From assembly GCA_036504895.1 (NCBI GenBank), contig DASXUJ010000088.1, forward strand, positions 85,296-149,295: a stretch of DNA of 64,000 bases, written 5' to 3'. The position numbers and the translations under genes were made by a program. The notes under the pieces are model-generated. The model was not told where the DNA came from. It made no database searches and worked only from the letters and a program-made list of their open reading frames with translations. Shown here one piece after another: positions 36,947-45,538 of this stretch (position 1 is the first letter of the stretch; each line of letters begins with the position of its first letter). The stretch is from Syntrophorhabdaceae bacterium. Lineage in GTDB: Bacteria > Desulfobacterota > Syntrophorhabdia > Syntrophorhabdales > Syntrophorhabdaceae.

Positions 36947-37252
36947 TCAGTCTTTCTCGCCAGCCCGGCGTTCGATGAATTCCCTGAATTGCTTCGTCAG
37001 GACATGGGCATATTCCCGGCGCACGACTTCCGAGGAGGGAATAAAGTTTTTGGCTGTTTCCAACAGGTCGATAGCCTCTCTGGCAGTCTGCTCGTTCGCC
37101 TGCCTTCCTTCATTGTAAAGGTGGGTAAATATCTCGTCCAGGCCGTTGACCGCCACCTGGCTCCCGTCATTAAATCTTAGCGTGCGCCGGCTAACTGTCG
37201 GCGTTTCGTCGTCGGCTCATGTAGTTCAGCCAATTATTTGGAACAATGACAT
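36947..37252 (-). CDS. Candidate selenoprotein (101 codons) with UGA at codons 9 and 12 (G-U-T-T-U); otherwise a 69-aa hypothetical from GTG 37156
   Basis: GAGGAGG lies 7 nt before the ATG at 37252. ATG TCA TTG TTC CAA ATA ATT GGC TGA ACT ACA TGA GCC... is in frame with the 69-aa track ORF, and both in-frame stops are TGA. A hairpin with an AGUUA loop lies 13 nt downstream of the second UGA. Confidence 0.4.
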
Positions 37253-37296
37253 AGTGTTACCTCCTCAAATTATTCCCCTCATCGGAGATCCGGCGC

Positions 37297-37734
<438 letters not shown>

Positions 37735-37750
37735 GCTTTCCTCCCGGCGT

Positions 37751-38845
37751 TCAATCCTTGCAGGTATAATAACAGACTCCTGCCGGCGTCTCCACTGCAA
37801 AGGGAAAATATTTCTTTTTGAACCAGAGGGAGAGGTGGACGAGGTTGATGAGCACGGGCACCTCCACGAGGGGGCCGATCACCGCGGCAAAGGCAGCGCC
37901 CGAATTGATCCCGAAAACCGCCACCGCCACCGCGATGGCAAGCTCAAAATTGTTCGATGCGGCGGTGAACGAGAGCGTCGCGGCCTGTCCGTAATGGGCG
38001 CCCACCTTCGCGCTCATGAAAAAGGAGACAAGGAACATGATGACGAAGTAGATGAGCAGGGGTATGGCGATCCGTACCACATCGAGAGGGATCTTCACGA
38101 TATACTCACCCTTCAGGGAGAACATGACGAGGATGGTGAAGAGGAGCGCGATCAGGGTGAGGGGGCTGATCTTCGGTATGAATTTTTCGTGGTACCACGT
38201 CTTGTCCTTTATTTTAATGAGGACAAACCTCGTGATAACGCCCGCAATGAAGGGGATGCCGAGATAGATGAAGACGCTCTTCGCGATCTGGCCTATGGTG
38301 ATATCGACGACGACCCCTTTAAGCCCGATAAGGGGAGGCAAAACCGTGATGAAGATATAGGCGTAGACGGAAAAGAAGAGGACCTGGAATATGGAGTTGA
38401 AGGCCACGAGACCCGCACAGTATTCCGTATCCCCTTTTGCGAGATCGTTCCAGACGATGACCATGGCGATGCAGCGGGCAAGGCCGATCATGATGAGGCC
38501 CACCATATATTCGGGGTAGCCCTTGAGGAATACGATGGCGAGAAGGAACATAAGGATGGGGCCCACCACCCAGTTCTGCACGAGGGAGAGACCCAGGACC
38601 TTGAAATTCGTGAATACCTCGCCCAGCTCCTCATACTTCACCTTCGCGAGCGGCGGATACATCATGAGGATAAGCCCTATGGCGATGGGAATATTGGTGG
38701 TCCCCGACTGGAACTGGTTCCAGAAATCGACCACCCCGGGAGAAAGGTACCCCCAGCCCACACCTATGAACATGGCCAGAAAGATCCATAGAGTGAGAAA
38801 GCGGTCCAAAAATGAGAGTTTCCTGCTGAGCTGTTCTTCGGCCAT
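37751..38845 (-). CDS. acr3: Arsenite efflux permease, ACR3 family
   Basis: ..[24 protein letters not shown].. and a polytopic profile typical of ACR3. AAGGAGG RBS before the ATG at 38845. Confidence 0.85.
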   Translation of the reverse strand: MAEEQLSRKLSFLDRFLTLWIFLAMFIGVGWGYLSPGVVDFWNQFQSGTTNIPIAIGLILMMYPPLAKVKYEELGEVFTNFKVLGLSLVQNWVVGPILMFLLAIVFLKGYPEYMVGLIMIGLARCIAMVIVWNDLAKGDTEYCAGLVAFNSIFQVLFFSVYAYIFITVLPPLIGLKGVVVDITIGQIAKSVFIYLGIPFIAGVITRFVLIKIKDKTWYHEKFIPKISPLTLIALLFTILVMFSLKGEYIVKIPLDVVRIAIPLLIYFVIMFLVSFFMSAKVGAHYGQAATLSFTAASNNFELAIAVAVAVFGINSGAAFAAVIGPLVEVPVLINLVHLSLWFKKKYFPFAVETPAGVCYYTCKD

Positions 38846-38849
38846 TCCT

Positions 38850-39221
38850 TTATCCTCCTTTCCTGCCATGTCCCGCGCTGCCCGTCTCGCACAGTTTCCG
38901 GGCCTTCACTTCCTCCATCTTCTTCGCATCCGCCCCGGCCCAATTCATGCCGGACAAATGGGAGCGCATGAAGTCGAGGTGCGCTCTTGCAAGCTCATCG
39001 AGTGATTCTTTGATGGAGTAGTGCATCCACGTGCCCTTGCGCGCGCTGCTCACGAGCCCGGAGTGCTTGAGATAGGCGAGATGGCGGGAGATCTTCGATT
39101 GGGGCTCTTCAAAGATCGCCATGAGGTCGCACACGCAAAGCTCCCCGTGGGTAAGGAGCATCAAGATCCTGAGCCTCATCTCCTCTGAGAGGGCCTTATA
39201 GAGCTGCACGGTATTTTCCAT
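38850..39221 (-). CDS. arsR: ArsR-family metalloregulator with ELCVCDL As(III)-type site
   Basis: ..[51 protein letters not shown].. The alternative start at 39260 lacks an RBS. Confidence 0.85.
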   Translation of the reverse strand: MENTVQLYKALSEEMRLRILMLLTHGELCVCDLMAIFEEPQSKISRHLAYLKHSGLVSSARKGTWMHYSIKESLDELARAHLDFMRSHLSGMNWAGADAKKMEEVKARKLCETGSAGHGRKGG

Positions 39222-39305
39222 CCACGAACTCCATTTAATGGGGCTTGCGTCGCTCTGCATAAGGCCCCTGTTTCACGTTACCCGAAGTTCCTTGTATCGT
39301 TATAA

Positions 39306-39317
39306 CCGCATATGCGG
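39306..39317. promoter_or_regulatory. 12-bp perfect palindrome CCGCATATGCGG upstream of arsR
   Basis: Located in the divergent arsR/arsR2 spacer. It is nested between the 9-bp inverted repeats AGGCCCCTG (39262-39270) and CAGGGGCCT (39339-39347). Confidence 0.4.
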
Positions 39318-39373
39318 ATATAGGAGTATATACCACCTCCAGGGGCCTCTGTCAAAGAAATTGAAATTAATTA

Positions 39374-39403
39374 TTGACATGTTTATTGGCGTGTTGGTAT
39401 AAT
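39374..39403 (+). promoter_or_regulatory. Near-consensus sigma70 promoter TTGACA-18 nt-TGgTATAAT
   Basis: The -35 is at 39374-39379 and the extended -10 at 39395-39403. The inverted pentamers TTGGC (39386-39390) and GCCAA (39405-39409) bracket the -10, a possible ArsR-type operator. Confidence 0.6.
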
Positions 39404-39428
39404 TGCCAACAAGCTAATGGAGGCACAC

Positions 39429-39752
39429 ATGCTCACTTTTGAAGAAGCTGAAATACGAAGCAGGATCATAAAGGCCATGGCCCATCCTGTCCGTCTCATG
39501 ATCGTGGACATGCTCAAGGATGGGGAAACCACCTTTGCGAAGATTAACGAGATGTTCGAATCCGATAAGTCGACCATCTCGAAACACCTCCTCGTGTTGA
39601 AGGATGCGGGCATCCTCTCTTCGCGAAAGGCAGGGGCGGACATGATCTACCGCCTCGAGACGCCATGCGTCATCGATTTTTTTGGCTGCGTCACCGGGGT
39701 GATCGAAAATAACGTCAAGAGGCAGCAGGTCTGTCTCTGTAAGAAGTCTTGA
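39429..39752 (+). CDS. ArsR/SmtB-family transcriptional regulator (second copy)
   Basis: ..IIKAMAHPVRLMIVDMLKDGETTFAKINEMFESDKSTISKHLLVLKDAGIL.. GGAGG RBS 5 nt before the ATG at 39429. C-terminal Cys pairs. Confidence 0.8.
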   Translation: MLTFEEAEIRSRIIKAMAHPVRLMIVDMLKDGETTFAKINEMFESDKSTISKHLLVLKDAGILSSRKAGADMIYRLETPCVIDFFGCVTGVIENNVKRQQVCLCKKS

Positions 39753-39785
39753 AGAATTGGAGAAGAACAAATTAAAAACGGGGGT

Positions 39786-40022
39786 ATGGGTTTGAAAAAG
39801 ATTCAGATTCTGGGGCCGGGATGCACGAAATGCACGAAGCTGGCCGCCAATGCCACGGAGGCGGCTAAATTAGCGGGAATCGATGTTGAAATCGAGAAAG
39901 TGACCGATATTCAGGGGATCATGGGCTATGGGGTCATGATGACCCCTGCCCTCGTCATAGATGGGCAGGTGAAGACCGTAGGAAAGGTCCTGTCGGCTGA
40001 GGAGATCAGAAAACTCCTCTAG
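39786..40022 (+). CDS. Small thioredoxin-fold protein (redox-active disulfide protein 2 type)
   Basis: 78 aa with KIQILGPGCTKCTKL...GVMMTPALVIDGQV, typical of this family. Confidence 0.8.
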   Translation: MGLKKIQILGPGCTKCTKLAANATEAAKLAGIDVEIEKVTDIQGIMGYGVMMTPALVIDGQVKTVGKVLSAEEIRKLL

Positions 40023-40091
40023 ACCGGTGCCGGAACGAAAACGAAAGGCTCCTCGGGACAGGGAGGAGAAATTCAATAAAGGAGGTACCAC

Positions 40092-40466
40092 ATGGTGGAA
40101 GAAAAAGATACGTGCAGTGGTGCGACCGTCAAGACCCTCATCCTCGGCTGCTCCGGGGGCTCCAATGTGGGGCAGATCGCGAACAACGTGATGATCGAAA
40201 TGGATAAGAAGGGGATGGGCAATGCCTATTGCCTTGCGGGAGCCGGTGCCGATCTTTCGGGGTTCGTGGAGAGCGCCCGGGCGGGCCGGACCATCCTCAT
40301 CGACGGCTGCCCCGTGGGATGCGGCAAAAAGATATTCGGCAGACAGGGGATCACGCCTACCCGCTATTATGTGATTACCGAGCTCGGCATCGAAAAGAGG
40401 CACGACTTTCACGACCTGGCTGAGGAGACAGGGCAGGCCGTGGAGCAGATCGTGGGGAATGGGTGA
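40092..40466 (+). CDS. DGC-domain putative zinc-binding protein (second paralogue)
   Basis: ..LILGCSGGSNVGQIAN..ILIDGCPVGCGKK.. contains the DGC motif. AAGGAGG RBS. Confidence 0.7.
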   Translation: MVEEKDTCSGATVKTLILGCSGGSNVGQIANNVMIEMDKKGMGNAYCLAGAGADLSGFVESARAGRTILIDGCPVGCGKKIFGRQGITPTRYYVITELGIEKRHDFHDLAEETGQAVEQIVGNG

Positions 40467-40903
40467 TTCCGGAAATGGACAGCATGAAGGTTCGACTGAG
40501 AAAAGAGCATCTGTGGGTCCTCCTGGCGGCCTTTCTCCTCGCGGGATTTTATCTTTCAGGCCCCGCGGGCGGAGAGACAAAAAGCGCGAATACGCCCGCT
40601 CCGGGAAAGTCGATCCCGCTGCTCGTGGATGTGGGGGCGAAGAAGTGTATTCCCTGCAAAATGATGGCGCCCATCCTGGAGGAGCTGAAAAAGGAATACG
40701 AGGGGATTTTCATGGTCGATTTCATCGACGTGTGGGAGAATCCGGGGGCCGGAGAGAAATACGGCGTCCGTGGCATACCGACCCAGATTTTCTACGATGC
40801 TTCGGGGAAGGAGTTTTACCGTCACATGGGCTTTTTTTCAAAAGAACAGATCCTCGACACCTTCAGAAAGCATGGGATCGCACTGAAGAAGGCGTCGAAA
40901 TAG
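40463..40903 (+). CDS. Membrane-anchored or secreted thioredoxin-like protein (CIPC active site)
   Basis: N-terminal hydrophobic segment, then ..LLVDVGAKKCIPCKMMAPILEEL..GIPTQIFY.. The start is uncertain (40463, 40475 or 40484). Confidence 0.75.
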   Translation: MIPEMDSMKVRLRKEHLWVLLAAFLLAGFYLSGPAGGETKSANTPAPGKSIPLLVDVGAKKCIPCKMMAPILEELKKEYEGIFMVDFIDVWENPGAGEKYGVRGIPTQIFYDASGKEFYRHMGFFSKEQILDTFRKHGIALKKASK

Positions 40904-40921
40904 GGATAAAAGAGGCTATTG

Positions 40922-41623
40922 ATGGTAGAGAGGCTCTTCATAACGCTTAACCAGGCCGTAGAGGGGACACCTACCTTCGCCCTCGGCGCCGCGTTCCTGT
41001 GGGGAATACTGAGCATGGTCCTTAGCCCCTGCCACCTGTCGAGCATTCCACTCATCGTAGGCTTCATCGACGAACAGGGGCGCATCGCAACGAAAAGGGC
41101 CTTTTTCATTTCCCTCCTCTTCTCCGCAGGCATAATGGTCAGTATTGCGGCCATCGGCCTGGTTACCGCCATGGCGGGTCGCATTATGGGAGACGTGGGC
41201 CGGTACGGGAACTACATTGTGGCGGGGATCTTCTTTCTTGTGGGTCTCCACCTCTTCGACCTTATTCCCATGCCCTGGTCGGGCCCCGGACAGATCGGTA
41301 TGAAACGAAAAGGTATCTTTGCGGCCTTCATCCTCGGACTCATCTTCGGCATCGCCCTCGGCCCCTGCACCTTCGCCTATATGGCGCCCATGCTGACCAT
41401 TACCTTCCAGCTTGCCGCCGCGGAGCGCTGGTACGGCATGCTCCTTCTTCTTGCCTATGCCGTCGGCCATTGCTCCATTATCGTGCTGGCCGGAACCTGC
41501 ACGGAGCTGGTCCAGGGCTATCTGAACTGGAACGGGCAATCAAAGGGACCTCTCGTTGTGAAGCGGGTCTGCGGCGCCTTTGTGATTTTGGGAGGATTTT
41601 ATCTGATCTACACCACCGTCTGA
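40922..41623 (+). CDS. ccdA: CcdA/DsbD-type transmembrane thiol-disulfide electron transporter
   Basis: Polytopic protein with the two conserved Cys in ..LSPCHLS.. and ..LGPCTFA.. typical of the DsbD_2/CcdA family. Confidence 0.8.
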   Translation: MVERLFITLNQAVEGTPTFALGAAFLWGILSMVLSPCHLSSIPLIVGFIDEQGRIATKRAFFISLLFSAGIMVSIAAIGLVTAMAGRIMGDVGRYGNYIVAGIFFLVGLHLFDLIPMPWSGPGQIGMKRKGIFAAFILGLIFGIALGPCTFAYMAPMLTITFQLAAAERWYGMLLLLAYAVGHCSIIVLAGTCTELVQGYLNWNGQSKGPLVVKRVCGAFVILGGFYLIYTTV

Positions 41624-41666
41624 TCATTTTTTTGGTGAGGCGGTTGCAGAAATAAGGAGGTATCCC

Positions 41667-42617
41667 GTGTTGAGCGGTTTTTCAAAATACGTGGTCTATG
41701 ATCTGTTCAAGCTGACCCCGAATACCAGCCTCTCGGGCGCGTTCGAGTTCTTCATCTACGATACGATCAAGATTTTTCTCCTTCTTATGGTCATCATCTT
41801 TGCCATCTCTCTGGTACGGAGCTTCTTTCCTCCGGAAAAGACACGAAAAATCCTCGCCCGTAAGCGGGAGTTCATAGGCAACATAGTCGCCGCCCTGCTC
41901 GGCGTGGTAACGCCTTTTTGCTCCTGTTCGGCGGTGCCCCTCTTTATCGGTTTCGTGGAAGGGGGCGTGCCTCTCGGCGTTACCTTTTCCTTCCTGATCT
42001 CGTCGCCCATGGTCAACGAGGTCGCCATTGTCCTGCTCTGGGGTCTCTTCGGGTGGAAGGTCACGGCCATCTATATCGGCACGGGCCTCTGCGTGGCCAT
42101 AGCGAGCGGGTATATTATCGGGAAATTGAACCTCGAAAAATGGGTGGAGGAGTATGTCTATACCATGCATATGGGAGAGGGCGCCGAGCTCGCGCCGCTG
42201 ACGTTTCGGGACCGCATAGACTATGCCCGGTCGAACACCAAAGAGATCCTGGGAAAGATATGGTTTTATGTCATTATCGCGATCGGCATCGGCGGGTTCA
42301 TCCACGGCTATGTGCCCGAGGATTTTCTCGTCAGGTACGCGGGTCCCGGGAATATTTTTGCCGTCCCTATCGCCGTGCTCCTGGGCGTGCCCCTTTACTC
42401 CAATGCGGCGGGCGTTATCCCCATCATATACGCCCTCATGCAAAAGGGACTGACCCTGGGCACTACCCTCGCCTTCATGATGGCCGTCACCGCCCTTTCC
42501 CTGCCCGAGATGATCATCTTGCGCAAGGTCTTGAAAATAAGGCTCCTCGCCGTCTTTGCGGGCATCATGACCGTCGCCATAATGGCCGTGGGTTACCTTT
42601 TTAACGCTATCATGTAA
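41667..42617 (+). CDS. Permease of the DUF318/ArsP family
   Basis: ..LLGVVTPFCSCSAVPLFIGF.. vicinal-Cys motif and a roughly 8-TM profile. AAGGAGG RBS with a GTG start. Confidence 0.75.
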   Translation: MLSGFSKYVVYDLFKLTPNTSLSGAFEFFIYDTIKIFLLLMVIIFAISLVRSFFPPEKTRKILARKREFIGNIVAALLGVVTPFCSCSAVPLFIGFVEGGVPLGVTFSFLISSPMVNEVAIVLLWGLFGWKVTAIYIGTGLCVAIASGYIIGKLNLEKWVEEYVYTMHMGEGAELAPLTFRDRIDYARSNTKEILGKIWFYVIIAIGIGGFIHGYVPEDFLVRYAGPGNIFAVPIAVLLGVPLYSNAAGVIPIIYALMQKGLTLGTTLAFMMAVTALSLPEMIILRKVLKIRLLAVFAGIMTVAIMAVGYLFNAIM

Positions 42618-42621
42618 TCGG

Positions 42622-42639
42622 GCGGGGCTGTCGCCCCGC
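42622..42639 (+). terminator. Hairpin GCGGGGC-TGTC-GCCCCGC after the permease gene
   Basis: 7-bp GC stem 5 nt after the stop. The downstream T-tract is weak (CCTTTATCC). Confidence 0.45.
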
Positions 42640-42751
42640 GGAGCCCCTTTATCCCCGGCCCCCGGAAAGCCGCGTACCTTCTCCCCTCCCTTGAATAGGG
42701 GCGGTCGGGGCACTATATTTCATGAACGGCAAATTTAAAAGGAGGCAGACA

Positions 42752-43126
42752 ATGAAGGTGCTTGCGTGGGCAGTCATTTGTATCGCGGTCTTTGGCGGTC
42801 TCTCCTGTACGTCCACGGGCTATAATACCCAGACAGGGGCGATGGTCGGGGCAGGAGCAGGGGCATTGATCGGCCAGGCCATAGGGCGCAACACGGCGGG
42901 TACGTTGATAGGACTTGCCGGGGGAACCCTTGTCGGTGCGATCGTAGGAAACGCGGTGGATCAGAACGAGATGAACAGACGGCTCGAATGGGAAAGGCAG
43001 CAGCGCGCCTATGCGGCCCCCGGGCCCGATCAGCCTCCTCCGGGGCGATGGGTCCAGGTGCCGGGCCAGTGGGCAGGCGGGAGATGGGTGCCGTCTCACA
43101 AAGTCTGGGTGCCGGTAAACCCGTAA
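42752..43126 (+). CDS. Glycine-zipper lipoprotein
   Basis: MKVLAWAVICIAVFGGLSC lipobox, then GAMVGAGAGALIGQAIG..GLAGGTLVGAIVG glycine zippers. AAGGAGG RBS. Confidence 0.75.
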   Translation: MKVLAWAVICIAVFGGLSCTSTGYNTQTGAMVGAGAGALIGQAIGRNTAGTLIGLAGGTLVGAIVGNAVDQNEMNRRLEWERQQRAYAAPGPDQPPPGRWVQVPGQWAGGRWVPSHKVWVPVNP

Positions 43127-43182
43127 TTCCGGTGCGGCTCTTTTGAAGCATGAGATGCCATGATAGACAGGGAGGATACACC

Positions 43183-43743
43183 ATGAAAGGATTGAAGTAT
43201 CTGATTTTAGCTGCTGTCCTTATGATGTGCGGCTTCACCATGAGCGCGGCCGCCGCTGAGCCTCTCCGGGGCACGAAAACTTTCAACAAGGCAGGCTTCG
43301 GGTATGTAATACAGTATCCCGACGGATGGCTCTCTTATACCGAGGGGCGCCATACCGCCATGTTCATCGGAAAGGAGGGGACCAAGCAAAATTACCCCAC
43401 CGTGGTGATAAAAAACCTTCTCGCCGCGTCTCAGGGCGGAAAGTTCCGGGCGGTCGATGGGGTCATCACAGACCTGGAGAACCAGCTCCGCTCCACGTCA
43501 GAGGCAATGGTCTTTAACCCCGAGCCCTTCAAATATACCAAGGACGGCTTTAATCTCACGGGCACCCAGTGCGTCGCCGAGTATACGATCAAGAAGGAAC
43601 GGTTCAAACAGTGGGCGGTGGTGATGCCGGACGGCAATAAACCTTCTTTTTACGTGTGGTCTTATACGGCCCCGGAAGCAGCGTACGACGTCTATCTCCC
43701 GATAGCCAAGGCGATGTTCGATTCCTGGGTTTTAAAAGAGTAA
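43183..43743 (+). CDS. Secreted hypothetical protein (186 aa)
   Basis: GGGAGGA RBS and signal peptide MKGLKYLILAAVLMMCGFTMSAAAA. No family recognised. Confidence 0.6.
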   Translation: MKGLKYLILAAVLMMCGFTMSAAAAEPLRGTKTFNKAGFGYVIQYPDGWLSYTEGRHTAMFIGKEGTKQNYPTVVIKNLLAASQGGKFRAVDGVITDLENQLRSTSEAMVFNPEPFKYTKDGFNLTGTQCVAEYTIKKERFKQWAVVMPDGNKPSFYVWSYTAPEAAYDVYLPIAKAMFDSWVLKE

Positions 43744-43781
43744 CAGTTTTGTCACGGGCAACGGCCGGTTCCGGTTCACCC

Positions 43782-43927
43782 ACGAGGGGCGAGTGAGTCC
43801 CTATAGCTGTGCTGGGGGGGAGAAGCTGAAACGCAGACCCGTCTTCTCGTGTCCAGCTCGCACCGCGAGCGAGAGAGGGAGGCTCGCCCGGCTTTGCCGG
43901 GCGAGGGGGCGACGTGAGTCCCTATAG
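43782..43927 (-). repeat. Modular GC-rich intergenic repeat, copy A (inverted relative to B and C)
   Basis: The reverse complement reads CTATAGGGACTCACGTCGCCCCCTCGCCCGGCAAAGCCGGGCGAGCCTCCCTCTCTCGCTCGCGGTGCGAGCT.., sharing blocks with 51968-52072 and 63235-63339. It is flanked by the 11-bp inverted repeats GGCAACGGCCG (43757-43767) and CGGCCGTTGCC (43933-43943). Confidence 0.8.
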
Positions 43928-44001
43928 TTGCACGGCCGTTGCCGCCAAATTCCATAGAATTTTCTCTCCCGTAATGGTAGATTTCTCAAGGACATCATTC
44001 C

Positions 44002-45099
44002 TTGGAACCCTCTATCGAAAAATGCCGGCAGATCCTCTCCGTCTCGACGCGCGCCCCCCTCAGGGAAATAAAGGAGGCCTACCTCGACCTTGCAAAGGTC
44101 TGGCACCCGGACCGTTTCGCGGGCAACTCAAGGCTTGAAAAAAAAGCGACCGAGAAGCTCGCGGAGATAAACCGGGCCTATGAGATCCTCCTCGCCTTTT
44201 ATGAAGCAGGGGGTAATGAAGGGGGGATGGATGGCCCGGAAGAAGTCCGGCGTGCATATCCTCCCCCGAATGAAGAGGCCCGGGGCAATATGTGTGAAAT
44301 GCCAAAGCGCCACGGCTTCTTCCGGATTCTCATGACCCTGTGCGCCATCGCGATCATCCTGATCGGCGTCACCCTTATGGTGAAACAGAGAAGAGCGGAA
44401 GTCCCCGTAAAGGTAATCCTTCCTTCGCCCGCGCCGGAATCAGGCCCGGAAAGCGCGCCGAAGAAGAGGCCCCTCCGGTCCCAAAAAAGTCCGGAAAAGA
44501 CCGATACCCTCCGGCCCGGGAAGCAATTTCAAGACCGATCCGGCTCCTTCACCCTGGGCTCCACAAAGGAGGAGGTCCTCGCCGCACAGGGTCCTCCCCA
44601 GCAGATATCCGAGAGCAGGTGGAGTTACGGCCCGTCCTGGGTCGAATTCGCGAAAGGACGCGTCATCGGCTGGTATAACAGCACCCTCGATTCTTTAAAG
44701 GTAAAAGTCATTGCGAAGGCGGAGCCGGAGCGATCCTTCTTCACCCTCGGATCCACAAAGGAGGAGGTGGCCGCCCTCCAGGGCACACCCACGCAGATTT
44801 CCGGAAACCGGTGGAGCTACGGCTTTTCACGCGTAGATTTTGCGAGAGGAAAGGTGGTGGGCTGGTATAACAGCGCCATGGACCCCCTGAGGATAAAATT
44901 AGCACCCAAATCAGAGCCGGAACGCTTCTTCTTCAGGGTGGGATCGACGAAAGAGGAGGTACTCGCCGTCCAGGGCACTCCCACCCAACTCACCGAAAAC
45001 CGGTGGTCCTACGGCTACTCCTATGTGGAATTCGAAAACGGCAAAGTGGTCAAATGGTATAACAGCGAGCAGGACCCCCTTGCCATAGAGGAAGAGTAG
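44002..45099 (+). CDS. J-domain (DnaJ-like) single-pass membrane protein with three C-terminal tandem repeats
   Basis: J-domain ..REIKEAYLDLAKVWHPDRF..INRAYEIL.., a TM segment FFRILMTLCAIAIILIGVTLMV, and three roughly 60-aa repeats (F.LGSTKEEV.A.QG.P.Q...RWSYG.S.V.F..GKV..WYNS). TTG start without a clear RBS. Confidence 0.7.
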   Translation: MEPSIEKCRQILSVSTRAPLREIKEAYLDLAKVWHPDRFAGNSRLEKKATEKLAEINRAYEILLAFYEAGGNEGGMDGPEEVRRAYPPPNEEARGNMCEMPKRHGFFRILMTLCAIAIILIGVTLMVKQRRAEVPVKVILPSPAPESGPESAPKKRPLRSQKSPEKTDTLRPGKQFQDRSGSFTLGSTKEEVLAAQGPPQQISESRWSYGPSWVEFAKGRVIGWYNSTLDSLKVKVIAKAEPERSFFTLGSTKEEVAALQGTPTQISGNRWSYGFSRVDFARGKVVGWYNSAMDPLRIKLAPKSEPERFFFRVGSTKEEVLAVQGTPTQLTENRWSYGYSYVEFENGKVVKWYNSEQDPLAIEEE

Positions 45100-45107
45100 C
45101 GGGCTGC

Positions 45108-45287
45108 CTATGCATCCCGGATGTTCGCTTTGACGCGCTCGATCAGTTCCGGCGTCACTTCCCGGATACCATGTTCCCTGGCATGCTCGGCAACCTTCCG
45201 GAGCACCTCCTCTTCCGTCTCGCCCCGCATGACCTCCTTGCACCCGCTCGATGGATCTACCTTGGCGCACTCCACGATCTTTGCCAT
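45108..45287 (-). CDS. DUF1059-family small protein (59 aa, below the ORF-track cutoff)
   Basis: AAGGAGG RBS. MAKIVECAKVDPSSGCKEVMRGETEEEVLRKVAEHAREHGIREVTPELIERVKANIRDA matches the DUF1059 pattern (C..C, EEE..H...HG). Confidence 0.65.
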   Translation of the reverse strand: MAKIVECAKVDPSSGCKEVMRGETEEEVLRKVAEHAREHGIREVTPELIERVKANIRDA

Positions 45288-45538
45288 GGCCTTGCCTCCT
45301 TAAAGTTAAAGTAATCAATGAATAATGCCGCGTTTATGAGGTGTCAAGGGGGCTTACCTATGAGCCTGGCCCTGTTTTCACGGGAATGAAGTTTTGCACT
45401 TTACATACGTGAATGCTACCGTTCCTTTTTCGCACGAACCACCTGCGTCACCGTTAATAGAGCCCACTTCCTCCACCCTGCCTAGCGGGCTTTCTCCGGC
45501 ACCCATTTTAATAAAATTTCAACTGTGCCGGGATGAGT

